From Myxococcota bacterium (GTDB taxonomy: Bacteria; Myxococcota_A; UBA9160; UBA6930), in assembly GCA_965223415.1 (NCBI GenBank), contig OZ245002.1:5024001-5088000 (forward strand): a DNA stretch of 64,000 bases. Reading direction: 5' to 3'. Positions within the stretch are counted from its first letter, which is position 1. Each line of letters starts with the position of its first letter. The translations under genes were made by a program, and so were the position numbers. Positions 12,301-20,900 of this stretch are shown piece by piece. The notes under the pieces were generated by a model. It ran no database searches. It saw only the letters and a program-made list of their open reading frames with translations, and was not told where the DNA came from.

Positions 12301-12738
12301 CTCGTCCACGATCGTGCGGATCATGCCCTCGAGCCCCAGGCTGCGCCCGTCCTCCGGACTGAAGATCCGGGCCACCCCGTGGGCGTGGAGGGTCTCGATC
12401 TCCTCCGGCACGATCGTGCCCCCGCCGCCGCCATACACGCGGATGTGTCCCGCGCCGCGGCTCGCCAGCTCGTCCACCAGGTAGCGGAAGAACTCCATGT
12501 GCCCGCCCTGGTAGGAGGAGATCGCCACCGCGTGGGCGTCCTCCTCGATCGCCGCCTCGACGATCTCCGCGACGGAGCGGTCGTGACCCAAGTGGATCAC
12601 CTCGGCGCCCTGGGACTGCAGGATGCGCCGCATGATGTTGATGGCCGCATCGTGGCCGTCGAAGAGCGAGGCGGCGGTGACGATCCGGATGCGCTCGGGC
12701 GCCGGCTGGATCGGTGTGACTTCGGCAGTGGCGGTCAT
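9361..12738 (-). CDS. icmF: Fused isobutyryl-CoA mutase (B12 domain, MeaI GTPase, mutase barrel)
   Basis: SLFDGHDAAINIMRR, GTGGAGKSS, RMFAGEG (Phe specificity residue), QADILKEDQAQN. Confidence 0.95.
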   Translation of the reverse strand: MTATAEVTPIQPAPERIRIVTAASLFDGHDAAINIMRRILQSQGAEVIHLGHDRSVAEIVEAAIEEDAHAVAISSYQGGHMEFFRYLVDELASRGAGHIRVYGGGGGTIVPEEIETLHAHGVARIFSPEDGRSLGLEGMIRTIVDECRALPAPPLGDALRELAADRPGSVARVISWLESLLPSEDGEAAEARALLASRRGRAPAPVVGFTGTGGAGKSSVVDELVRRFRLGFPALRIGLLLVDPSRRRSGGALLGDRIRMNAIQGETVYVRSLATRQAHLALSRAIRDAVQVLQAADFDLVLIETAGIGQSDSEIVDLADTSVYVMTPEYGAPSQLEKIDMLELADLVVLNKTDRRGALDALRDVRKQWRRNHTVFDADDEAVPVVATVASQWDDPGVDVVFERLRERLVADGASALARPAEREAKGIAEPPPLVPAGRERYLEEIAGCVRSYRDRTEALAGEARSAQALALAEDALPAEAGTAREVVAAEHAARRDALDPALREALEAWSETRTRYEADSQSYEVRGRKVHVENRAETLSGTKLPRVAVPRGGDWGELTRYLRQENLPGHFPFTSGVFPFKRAEEDPARMFAGEGGPERTNRRFHLVSEGQPATRLSTAFDSVTLYGRDPAERPDVYGKIGTSGVSVCTLDDAKRLYSGFDLCDPSTSVSMTINGPAPMVLALFLNAAVDQGVEKHLRETGQLEAVRERQGGDALPAYRAELPPGHEGLGLGLLGITGREAVDAETYARIRGDVLRTVRGTVQADILKEDQAQNTCIFSTAFALKVMGDIQQFFVDEQVRNFYSVSISGYHIAEAGANPITQLAFTLANGFTYVEAYRARGMAVDEFAPNFSFFFSNGLDAEYNVIGRVARRIWAIAMRDLYGADERSQKLKYHIQTSGRSLHAQEMAFNDIRTTLQALTAIQDHCNSLHTNAYDEAVTTPTPESVRRALAIQLVINRELGAAKNENGLQGSYFSEWLTDAVEEAVLQEFERLSQRGGVLGAMETHYQRGKIQDESLHYESLKHSGELPIVGVNTFLNPEPEEAQQPVALMRASEAEKRAQIEGLAEFHARHREACAPALARLQETARSGGNLFRELMETVQVASLGQISDALFQVGGRYRRSM

Positions 12739-13139
12739 TCGGAGGCCTCCCGGCTCAGCGCCAGGGCGCGGGCCCCCACGTGGTCCCGGTACTTCTGGAT
12801 GTCGTCGCGGAGCGCGCCGAGCTCGCGGATGCGCTCGTCGAGCTCGCCCAGGTGGCGGCCCAGCAGCTCGCCCAAGTGCTGGAGCATGGCCGCGGTGGAC
12901 CCCTCGATGGCGTAGACCGCGTTCAGCTCACCGATCTCGGCGAGGCTGAGACCGAGGGCCTTGAGCCGCTGGATGAAGCGCAGGCGCTGGAGCTCGTCGT
13001 CGCCGTACACCCGTCGCGCCCCGGCGCGGCGGCGCACGCCGGGAAGCAGGCCGAGCTCCTCCCAGTAGCGGACCGTGCGCGGAGAGAGGCCGGTGGCTCG
13101 GCAGACCTCACCGATCGAGTGCAGGTGCTCCTCGGGCAT
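12735..13139 (-). CDS. MerR-family transcriptional regulator
   Basis: SIGEVCRATGLSPRTVRYWEELGLL HTH plus coiled coil; ATGA overlap with icmF; ATG 13139 preferred to TTG 13181. Confidence 0.9.
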   Translation of the reverse strand: MPEEHLHSIGEVCRATGLSPRTVRYWEELGLLPGVRRRAGARRVYGDDELQRLRFIQRLKALGLSLAEIGELNAVYAIEGSTAAMLQHLGELLGRHLGELDERIRELGALRDDIQKYRDHVGARALALSREASE

Positions 13140-13156
13140 GGGATCCCATCGGCTTG

Positions 13157-13205
13157 TTTGCCAGTTGACGTGAGCTGGCAAATATAGCGGACTGACTGCC
13201 AGTCA
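13157..13205. promoter_or_regulatory. Two palindromes in the divergent merR/AKR intergenic region (candidate operators)
   Basis: TTTGCCAG-TTGACGTGAG-CTGGCAAA (13157-13182) and TGACTG-C-CAGTCA (13193-13205). Confidence 0.5.
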
Positions 13206-13242
13206 CCAGCCCTCCTCGGCCTTCCTGTGCTACTCGCCCGGA

Positions 13243-14276
13243 ATGCTCCAAGCGGTCCAACTCGGCAGGAACAGCGGGCTGCGCGTATCGCGGCTCTGCC
13301 TCGGCACCATGAACTTCGGGGAGCCCGGTCGCGGCCACCAGGGCGACTGGACCCTGGGCCGCGAGCAGGTGAAGCCGATCTTCGAGGCCGCCATCGAGAA
13401 GGGCCTCTTCTACTTCGACTGCGCCGACTTCTACGGCGTGGGTGCCAGCGAGAAGGTGGTCGGCGGCCTGCTGAAGGAGCTCCTCCCCCGCGACGAGTAC
13501 GTGCTCGCGACGAAGATCGCGATGCCCATGGGGACGGGTGCCAACCAGGGCGGCCTCTCGCGCAAGCACGTGATGGAGGGAGTCGAGCGCAGCCTCGAGC
13601 GCCTCGGTCACGACTACGTGGACCACCTGGTGATCCACCGCCATCCCCACACCATCCCCGGCCAGGTGCCGACGCCAATCGAGGAGACCCTGGAGGCCCT
13701 CCACGACGTGGTGAAGGCCGGCAAGGCCCTCTCTACCTGGGCGCGTCGTCGATGTTCGCCTGGCAGTTCGCCGAGCTCCAGCACACCGCCGAGCGCAACG
13801 GCTGGACCCGCTTCATCTCGATGCAGAACCACTACAACCTGATCTACCGCGAGGAAGAGCGGGAGATGAACCCCTACTGCCGGCGCACCGGCGTCGCGCT
13901 CACGCCGTGGTCGCCCCTGGCCCGGGGCATCCTGGCGGGCTCCTACCGTGGCGGCTTCGAGGGGGGAACCACCGAGCGGTCCAAGGGCGGGGATCGGCTC
14001 CGCACCCAGAGCCTCTACCGCGGGGAGCGGGACTTCGACATCGCCGAGCGGGTGATCGAGGTGGCCCGGGAGCTCGGCCACACCCCCGCCCAGATCTCAT
14101 TGGCCTGGCTGCTCGGCAAGAGCGAGGTGGTCGCGCCGATCATCGGCGTCTCGAAGGTCGAGCAGCTCGAACAGCTCGTCGCGGCCGCCGAGATCGAGCT
14201 CGACGCGGAGACCGTCGCCCGCCTCGAGGAGCTCTACCGGCCCGTCGAGAACCTGCTCTCGATCGGGATGTCCTAG
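13243..14276 (+). pseudogene. Aldo/keto reductase split by a 2-nt frameshift near 13729-13734 (pseudogene or assembly error)
   Basis: 5' half (SRLCLGTMNFG, FDCADFY, LATK, LVIHR) and 3' half (YLGASSM, MQNHYNL, PWSPLARG) are in different frames; junction GCC CTC TC TAC CTG. Confidence 0.85.
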
Positions 14277-14320
14277 AACGCCGGCAACGCAACAAACGGA
14301 ACCGGCCCCTAACGCAACAG

Positions 14321-15556
14321 CTAGCGGCCGACGACGAAGCTGACGCTGGTCGTTCCGCTGCCGCCGATGTTCAGGGTCTGGAAGTTGGTCGCGCCCTCGA
14401 CCTGGTAGTCGCCGGCCTGGCCGGTCACCTGGAGCGTGGCGTCCAGGAGCTGGCGCACGCCGGTGGCGCCCACCGGATGGCCGGCACCGATGAGGCCGCC
14501 GCTCGGGTTGATCGGCGTCTTGCCGTCGATCTCCAGCCAGCCCTCCTCGACCGCCTTCCAGCTCTCGCCCGGCTCGGTGATCCCGAAGTGGTCGATGGCC
14601 ATGTACTCGCTGGTGGTGAAGCAGTCGTGGGTCTCGATGCCGTCGATGCCGCTGACGTCCGGGATGCCGGCGCGCTCCATCGCGCTCGTGATCGTGCTGC
14701 GCACGTGGGGCAGGACGTAACGGTTGTCGGAGCTCTCGGCGACCTTGTCGTCGAAGCGCAGGCGCGCCGTGTTGTGCCCCCAGCCCTTGATGCGCGGGAT
14801 GTCCTCGAGCTTCTTGCCCATGCCCCGCGCGTACTTCTCCGCGTAGTCCCGGCTGGCCAGGAAGACGCACACCGCGCCGTCGGTCACCTGGGAGCAATCC
14901 GCGATGCGGATGCGCCCGCCCACCGCCGGGTTGTCGTCCGTGCGGCAGAGGGCGTGTTCCTTGTTCATGTACCAGGTGCGGGTCTGGGCGTTCGGGTTGA
15001 GCTTGGCGTTGTCGTAGTTGAGCCGGCTGATCTCGGCCAGGTGCTCGTCCTTCAGGCCGTAGCGCTTGTCGTACTCGTCACCCAGCCGGCCGAAGAGCTT
15101 CGGGAAGGGGAACTCGATGTCCTTCGCCTCTTCCTCGTACCAGGCCGCCGTGCCCAGGTAGGCACCGCCCTCGGAGGCGGAGACGGTCTTCATCTGCTCG
15201 ATCCCGACCACGGCCTGAAGGTCGTAGCGGCCTGCCTCGATCTCCGCGGAGGCGGCGAGAAGCGCGATGCTGCCCGAGGCGCAGGCCGCCTCGTGGCGGC
15301 CGGTGGGAAGCCCGCTGAAGGCCGGGTGCACCTCGGTGAAGAAGGCGCCCAGGTGGCCCTGCATGCAGTAGAGCTCGGCGGCGAAGTTGCCGACGTGGGC
15401 GCTCTCGATCTCCTCGGGGGCGATCTCGACCTTCTCGAGGGCGCCCAGCACCGCCTCGCGCATCAGCGCCGAGAAGTGCTTGCTCTCCTTGGTCCAGTTG
15501 CGACCGAAGTCGGTCTGGTAGCCACCGAGCACGTAGACGTCCGAACCGGCTGCCAT
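14321..15556 (-). CDS. Acetyl-CoA acyltransferase (SCP2-type thiolase)
   Basis: [22 protein letters not shown]-terminal NIGG. Confidence 0.9.
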   Translation of the reverse strand: MAAGSDVYVLGGYQTDFGRNWTKESKHFSALMREAVLGALEKVEIAPEEIESAHVGNFAAELYCMQGHLGAFFTEVHPAFSGLPTGRHEAACASGSIALLAASAEIEAGRYDLQAVVGIEQMKTVSASEGGAYLGTAAWYEEEAKDIEFPFPKLFGRLGDEYDKRYGLKDEHLAEISRLNYDNAKLNPNAQTRTWYMNKEHALCRTDDNPAVGGRIRIADCSQVTDGAVCVFLASRDYAEKYARGMGKKLEDIPRIKGWGHNTARLRFDDKVAESSDNRYVLPHVRSTITSAMERAGIPDVSGIDGIETHDCFTTSEYMAIDHFGITEPGESWKAVEEGWLEIDGKTPINPSGGLIGAGHPVGATGVRQLLDATLQVTGQAGDYQVEGATNFQTLNIGGSGTTSVSFVVGR

Positions 15557-15574
15557 GGCAGTCTCCTTGATTCC

Positions 15575-16918
15575 CTAGCTGGCGACGAAGAAGCGCCCGG
15601 GGTTGATGTGGGGGTGCTGGAAGAGGCGCTCGCTCGTGCCCGAGCGCGCGATCTCCTCCAGGTTCGACGGCACGGGCAGCCCCGACTTCGCGATCATCTC
15701 GACCGCGGCCGGCGCGCCCATCGTGTCCACCAGCACCGACGGCGGGGCCCAGTTGAAGCCCATGCCCATGATGCGGTCGACGCCGTCGATGGTCTCGGTC
15801 ACCTCGCCCACCCGGTGGAAGGCGTAGCTGATGTAGCCGGCGATCACCTTGCGGGCAATCGCGGCGTACTCGCCTTCGGCGCCGAGGAAGCCCTGGATGC
15901 CCTCCCGGTACCGGCCCTGGGCATAGAGGTGGGCGACGTCGTCGATGTAGGAGAGATCGGGGAGGCTGACCTCGGCTTCGGGCTTGTAGTCCCCGCTCAC
16001 CGGATCGAGCACGTGGCGGACCTTGTCCTCCCGCCAGAAGAAGCCGCGGCCGGTCTTGTTGCCCAGCACGCCGCGCTCCATCAGCTTGTCCATGTAGGCG
16101 GGCAGCTTGTTCGTCTCGTGGGCCTCGTCGCTCGTGTTCTCGTAGACGTTGTCGACGATGGCCCGGTGGATGTCCCAGCCGACCAGGTCGATCGTCGCCA
16201 GCGGCGTCATGGCGCGGCCGGTGTAGGGGCCGACGAGCTTGTCGACGAGCACCGGGCCGTGCTCCTCGGCGAGCTGGGCGGCCTCGTTCAGCACCTTGAA
16301 GCCGACGCGGTTCCCGGCGAAGGCCGGCGTATCCGCCGTCCGGACGATCTCCCGGCCGAGGCGCGCCCGGGAGAAGGCCTCGATGAAGTCGACGAGCTCC
16401 GGGTCCGTGTCGTCGCCGGCGATCAGCTCGGTGCCCACGATGACGTTCGGCGGATTGAAGAAGTGGAGGCCGAGGAAGTTCTTGCGGAACGCGTTGCCGC
16501 GGCCCTCGCAGAGCTTGTTGATCGAGAGGCCGGAGGTCACCGTCGCCACGATCGCGTCGTCGCGGCGCGCCTCCTCGACCCGGTCGAACATGGCCTTCTT
16601 GACGTCGAAGTCCTCGGTGAGGGCCTCGAAGACCAGGTCGGCGTCGGCGACGGCTGCATCGAGATCGTGGTCGTAGTCGCCGACGTGGGCGCGCGAGGCG
16701 ACGGTGGGCGAGCGGACCTGCTTCACCGCGTCGCCGAGCCCCTCCTCGGCCTTGGCCTTCGTGCGGGCCAGGAAGGTGACCTTCGGGACGGCCTGGGTGA
16801 ACAGGGCGCCGCTCCCGTAGCCCATGGTGCCGTTCGCGCCGAGGACGACCACGTGCTCGAGCTTCCGACTGCGGGCGAGCTTGCGGACCGCGGCGGGGGT
16901 GAGAGGCGGGGGGGACAT
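15575..16918 (-). CDS. 3-hydroxyacyl-CoA dehydrogenase family protein
   Basis: Rossmann LGANGTMG, EALTEDFDVK, GLHFFNPP, FAGNR. Confidence 0.88.
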   Translation of the reverse strand: MSPPPLTPAAVRKLARSRKLEHVVVLGANGTMGYGSGALFTQAVPKVTFLARTKAKAEEGLGDAVKQVRSPTVASRAHVGDYDHDLDAAVADADLVFEALTEDFDVKKAMFDRVEEARRDDAIVATVTSGLSINKLCEGRGNAFRKNFLGLHFFNPPNVIVGTELIAGDDTDPELVDFIEAFSRARLGREIVRTADTPAFAGNRVGFKVLNEAAQLAEEHGPVLVDKLVGPYTGRAMTPLATIDLVGWDIHRAIVDNVYENTSDEAHETNKLPAYMDKLMERGVLGNKTGRGFFWREDKVRHVLDPVSGDYKPEAEVSLPDLSYIDDVAHLYAQGRYREGIQGFLGAEGEYAAIARKVIAGYISYAFHRVGEVTETIDGVDRIMGMGFNWAPPSVLVDTMGAPAAVEMIAKSGLPVPSNLEEIARSGTSERLFQHPHINPGRFFVAS

Positions 16919-17040
16919 CGGGTGCTTGCTCCTTCCGGGGCCGAGGCCCCGCAGGCTCCCCGGGGGCGCGGCCGATCTCGCGCGTAGGCCACCTCCTGGG
17001 AGGTGCCGTGAGGGCCGACCCTAACCCACGGGGGCGAGTG

Positions 17041-17055
17041 GCGTCAAACGTGCCA
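17041..17055 (-). promoter_or_regulatory. Possible sigma54 promoter for the dehydrogenase-thiolase operon
   Basis: Minus strand TGGCACGTTTGACGC: canonical -24 TGGCACG with GG-N10-GC spacing, but -12 is ACGC rather than TTGC. Confidence 0.35.
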
Positions 17056-17081
17056 ATAGTTGAGGTGCCCTTGACCGGGAG

Positions 17082-17969
17082 TCAGTGATAGCCGAGGGAT
17101 TTCAGGCGGTTCGGTCGTTTCGTCCAACGGGGCTCCACCTTCACCCGGAGGTCCAGGTAGACCCGGGTCTCGAGCATCTCGGCCAGGGCATGACGCGCCG
17201 CGGTACCAATCCGGCGGACCATCTGACCGCCCTTCCCGACCACCATGCCCTTCTGGGACTTCTTCTCGACCAGCAGGGTGGCGCGGATCCGGGTGAGCTC
17301 CGGGTCGCTCTCGTCGAAGGCCTCGATCTCCACCGCCGTCTCGTAGGGCAGCTCCTGCTCCAGGGCCTCGAAGACCGCCTCCCGGATCAGCTCGGCGGCG
17401 AGGAAACGCATCGAGCGGTCGGTGACCTGCTCCGCGTCGTAGTAGGGCGGGCCTTCCGGCAGGCGTTCCACCAGCGCGTCGACGAAGGCCTCCACGCCCT
17501 CGCCGGTCTTCGCCGAGAGCTGGAGATCCGCCGGAAGGTCTGGCGGAGGCGCGCCGAGGTCGCCCTTCGTGGCGACCACCAGCGCCGGCGCGCCGCGGGC
17601 GGCGAAGCGCTCGCGCAGGGCGTCGTGCCCCGCATCCCAGCCGCGCCGGCCCTCCACCAGGATCACCGCCACGTCGCAGTCCTCGGCGACGTCGTCGACC
17701 ACCTCGTTCAGGAGCCGGTTCAGGGCCTTCGGACTCTCGTGGAAGCCCGGGGTGTCGAGCAGCAGGAGCTGCGCGTCATCCCGGCTCAGGATGCCGAGGA
17801 TGCGGCTGCGGGTGGTCTGGGGCTTGGCGGTGACGATCGCGAGCTTCTGACCGAGCAGGCGGTTCAGGAGCGTCGACTTGCCCGCGTTCGGGCGCCCGAG
17901 CAGCGCGACCACGCCGGAGCGGTGCGGGCGCTCGGGTGCGGCGGTGGCGTCCGACGGCGGCTCAGCCAT
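17082..17969 (-). CDS. era: GTPase Era
   Basis: GRPNAGKST, KPQTTR, DTPG, QELPY, KH-like C-terminus; follows rnc. Confidence 0.95.
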   Translation of the reverse strand: MAEPPSDATAAPERPHRSGVVALLGRPNAGKSTLLNRLLGQKLAIVTAKPQTTRSRILGILSRDDAQLLLLDTPGFHESPKALNRLLNEVVDDVAEDCDVAVILVEGRRGWDAGHDALRERFAARGAPALVVATKGDLGAPPPDLPADLQLSAKTGEGVEAFVDALVERLPEGPPYYDAEQVTDRSMRFLAAELIREAVFEALEQELPYETAVEIEAFDESDPELTRIRATLLVEKKSQKGMVVGKGGQMVRRIGTAARHALAEMLETRVYLDLRVKVEPRWTKRPNRLKSLGYH

Positions 17970-18663
17970 CGCTCTGGGCGCGCTCCAGGGCGGCCGCGGC
18001 GGCCGCGCGCTCGGCGGCCCGCTTGGTTCGGCCGGTGCCCTCGCCCCAGCGCTCGCCGGCGACCGCCACGGCCACGCTGAAACGATCCTCCGCCTGCTCC
18101 TCACCGCTGTCGCCGAGCGGCTCGTAGGTGGGCGTCTCGCGTAGCGCCGCATGGGCCCACTCCTGGAAGCGGGTCTTGGGATCGCGCTCCAGGTTGGCGC
18201 GGCCCGCCGCCAGGGGCCCGGCGAAGGCCCGCTCGACGAAGGCGAAGACCGCGTCGATGCCCGCATCGAGGTACAGCGCGCCCACCACCGCTTCGAGCAG
18301 GTTCGCGAGCACCCGATCCTTGTCCGCACCGCCGGACTGGAGCTCGGTGCGTCCGAGCTGCACGTACCGGCCGAGGGAGAGCTCGCGGGCCCGCGCCGCG
18401 AGAGAATCCGTGTTCACCAGGGCGGCCCGCGCGCGGGTGAGCTCGCCCTCCCGCCAATCCGGGTGGGCGAGGAAGAGAAGGCGCGCCGTCACCAGGTCGA
18501 GCACGGCGTCGCCCAGGAACTCGAGGCGCTCGTTGCCGCGGGATCCGTCGCGCTCGAAGGCGGCGGAAGGGTGGGTGAGTGCGGTCTCCAGCAGGGAGGC
18601 GTCGAGGAAGCGGTGGCCGAGGCGCTCGGCGAGCGGGTCGTCGGGGGCGAGGGGCGCGCTCAC
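17962..18663 (-). CDS. rnc: Ribonuclease III
   Basis: NERLEFLGDAVL signature, EAVVGALYLD, C-terminal dsRBD. Confidence 0.96.
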   Translation of the reverse strand: MSAPLAPDDPLAERLGHRFLDASLLETALTHPSAAFERDGSRGNERLEFLGDAVLDLVTARLLFLAHPDWREGELTRARAALVNTDSLAARARELSLGRYVQLGRTELQSGGADKDRVLANLLEAVVGALYLDAGIDAVFAFVERAFAGPLAAGRANLERDPKTRFQEWAHAALRETPTYEPLGDSGEEQAEDRFSVAVAVAGERWGEGTGRTKRAAERAAAAAALERAQSDG

Positions 18664-19730
18664 GGCAACGGGCCCGCGATCCACCCGCCGCCCAGGACCT
18701 CGTCGCCATCGTAGAAGACCGCCGCCTGGCCCCGCGCGAGCGCCCGCACCGGCTCGTCGAAGCGGACCGCCACCTCCTGCTCCGGACCCGGCGAGAGCTT
18801 GGCCGGCGCGGCATCGTGGCGGTAGCGGATCTGCACCCGCGCTCGGCACCCGGCCGGCGGCGCCTCGCCTCGCGTCCACGAGACACCGGCGACGCACGCA
18901 CCGGAGGTCTCGAGCTCCTCCGCCCGCCCGACGACGACCCGGTTGCGGGCGGCGTCCAGCGCGCGCACGTAGCGCGGCTCCGGCGTCCCGAGCGAGAGCC
19001 TCTTGCGCTGGCCCACCGTGAAGCGGTGCACGCCCTCGTGGAGGCCGAGGACCCGGCCCTCGCCGTCCACGATCTCCCCGGGCCCGGGCACCTTCTCCGG
19101 CCGCAGGCGCTCGACGACCCGGGCGTAGTCCCCGTCCGGGACGAAGCAGATCTCCTGGCTCTCGGGCTTGGCGGCGGTGGCCAGGCCGAGCTCCCGCGCG
19201 ATCTCGCGCACTTCCCCCTTGCGCAGGGCGCCGAGGGGGAAACGGATGCGGCGCAGCTGCTCCGGGCCCAGATCGAACAGGAAGTAGGACTGGTCCTTGG
19301 CCGGGTCGACGCCGCGCAGGAGGCGCGGCCCGCCGCCGGCCGGGTGGTCCTCGATCCGCGCGTAGTGCCCCGTCGCCACCGCGTCGGCCCCGAGGGCCCG
19401 CGCCCGCTCCATCAGGTGGTGGAACTTGAAGCGCCGGTTGCAAGTGACGCAGGGAATCGGCGTGCGCCCGGCCAGGTAGGCGTCTGCGAACGGCAGGATG
19501 ACCTCCTCCCGGAAGCGGTCCTTGAAGTTCGCGACGTAGAAGCGGATGCCGAGCCGGTCGGCTACGCGTCGCGCGTCGTCGGCGTCGTCGAGGGAGCAGC
19601 AGCGGCTCTCGCTCCCGGCCAGGTGCATCGTCACGCCGATCACCTCGTAGCCGGCACGGACGAGCAGCGCGGCGGCTACGGAGGAGTCGACGCCGCCGCT
19701 CAGGCCGACCACGACGCGACCGCTGCTCAC
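18660..19730 (-). CDS. mnmA: tRNA-specific 2-thiouridylase
   Basis: SGGVDSS, TPIPCVTCN, ATGHYAR, KDQSYFL, ESQEICF. Confidence 0.96.
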   Translation of the reverse strand: MSSGRVVVGLSGGVDSSVAAALLVRAGYEVIGVTMHLAGSESRCCSLDDADDARRVADRLGIRFYVANFKDRFREEVILPFADAYLAGRTPIPCVTCNRRFKFHHLMERARALGADAVATGHYARIEDHPAGGGPRLLRGVDPAKDQSYFLFDLGPEQLRRIRFPLGALRKGEVREIARELGLATAAKPESQEICFVPDGDYARVVERLRPEKVPGPGEIVDGEGRVLGLHEGVHRFTVGQRKRLSLGTPEPRYVRALDAARNRVVVGRAEELETSGACVAGVSWTRGEAPPAGCRARVQIRYRHDAAPAKLSPGPEQEVAVRFDEPVRALARGQAAVFYDGDEVLGGGWIAGPLP

Positions 19731-20866
19731 GGCGCGACCTTCCGCGCCCGGGCCACCAGCTCGGGTAGCAGGACCAGGACGCGATCGATCTGCGCCTCGT
19801 CGTTGCCGAGGCCGGTGGAGAAGCGCAGCGCCCCTCGCGCCTCCTCGGGCGTGCGGCCGAGGGCGCTCAGCACGTGAGAGGGCTCGATGGAGCCGGAGGC
19901 ACAGGCCGCGCCCGCGGAGACGGCGACGCCCTCGCCGTCCAGCATCTCGAGCAGCAGGTCGCCGGCGGCGCCCTCGAACTCGACGTTCAGCGTGTTCGGC
20001 AGCACGTGCTCGGCGGAGCCGTTGCGCCGCACCCGCGGCACCTTCTCCAGGATGCCCTCCCAGAGGCGATCGCGCAGACGCGCCGCCTCCGCCGCCCGCC
20101 CGGCGAGCTCGGCTCCGGCGAGCGCTGCGGCCCGGCCGAGCCCGACGATGCCCGAGGTGTTCTCGGTGCCGCCGCGCCGCCGCCGCTCCTGGGGACCGCC
20201 GCGGATCCACGGCACGAGGGGCACCTCGGGCCGTGCCCACAGGAAGCCCGCCCCCTTCGGGCCGTAGAGCTTGTGGGCGGATCCGCTGAGGCTGTCGGCG
20301 CCCAGCGCCTCCACGTCCACCGGGATCTTGCCCAGGGCCTGGGTGGCGTCGACGTGGAGATGGGCGCCGACCCGATGGACGACCTGCGCCACGGCCGGGA
20401 CGTCCTGGATCACGCCGATCTCGTTGTTGGCCAGGATCACGGCCACGAGTGCGGTGCGGTCGTCGACGGCCCGTCCCAGGGCGGCGAGATCGAGACGCCC
20501 CACCCCGTCGACAGGCACCTGCACCGCCTCGTGGCGGCTCTCGCCGAGAAAGGCCAGGGGCTCGTCCACCGAGGGATGCTCGATCGTGGTCGAGACCAGC
20601 CGGGGCCGGGCGCTCCCGGCGCACACCGAGTGGATGGCGGTGTTGTTGCCCTCGGTGGCGCTGCCCGTGAACACGACGTCCGCCGCAGCGGCTCCGATCA
20701 GCGCCGCCACCGCGTCCCGGGCCTCGTCGAGGCCGCGCCGGGCCCGTGCGCCCTCGGCGTGGGTGCTCGACGGGTTGCCCCAGTCTTCCCGCAGCATCGC
20801 CTCCATCGCCGCGGCGACCTCGGGATGGACCGGGGTGGTGGCATTGTGGTCGAGGTAGATCCTCAC
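19727..20866 (-). CDS. iscS: Cysteine desulfurase (IscS/NifS type)
   Basis: YLDHNATT, GNPSS, SAHKLYGPKG (PLP lysine), SAGAAC. Confidence 0.9.
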   Translation of the reverse strand: MRIYLDHNATTPVHPEVAAAMEAMLREDWGNPSSTHAEGARARRGLDEARDAVAALIGAAAADVVFTGSATEGNNTAIHSVCAGSARPRLVSTTIEHPSVDEPLAFLGESRHEAVQVPVDGVGRLDLAALGRAVDDRTALVAVILANNEIGVIQDVPAVAQVVHRVGAHLHVDATQALGKIPVDVEALGADSLSGSAHKLYGPKGAGFLWARPEVPLVPWIRGGPQERRRRGGTENTSGIVGLGRAAALAGAELAGRAAEAARLRDRLWEGILEKVPRVRRNGSAEHVLPNTLNVEFEGAAGDLLLEMLDGEGVAVSAGAACASGSIEPSHVLSALGRTPEEARGALRFSTGLGNDEAQIDRVLVLLPELVARARKVAP

Positions 20867-20900
20867 GGGGGAGGAGAGTCCTGTTCGTCGCGAGCCGTCC

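Noticed and set aside
14286..14319. AACGCAACA repeated twice between convergent genes
   Set aside because: Only two 9-bp copies, with no array, hairpin or U-tract; no function can be supported.
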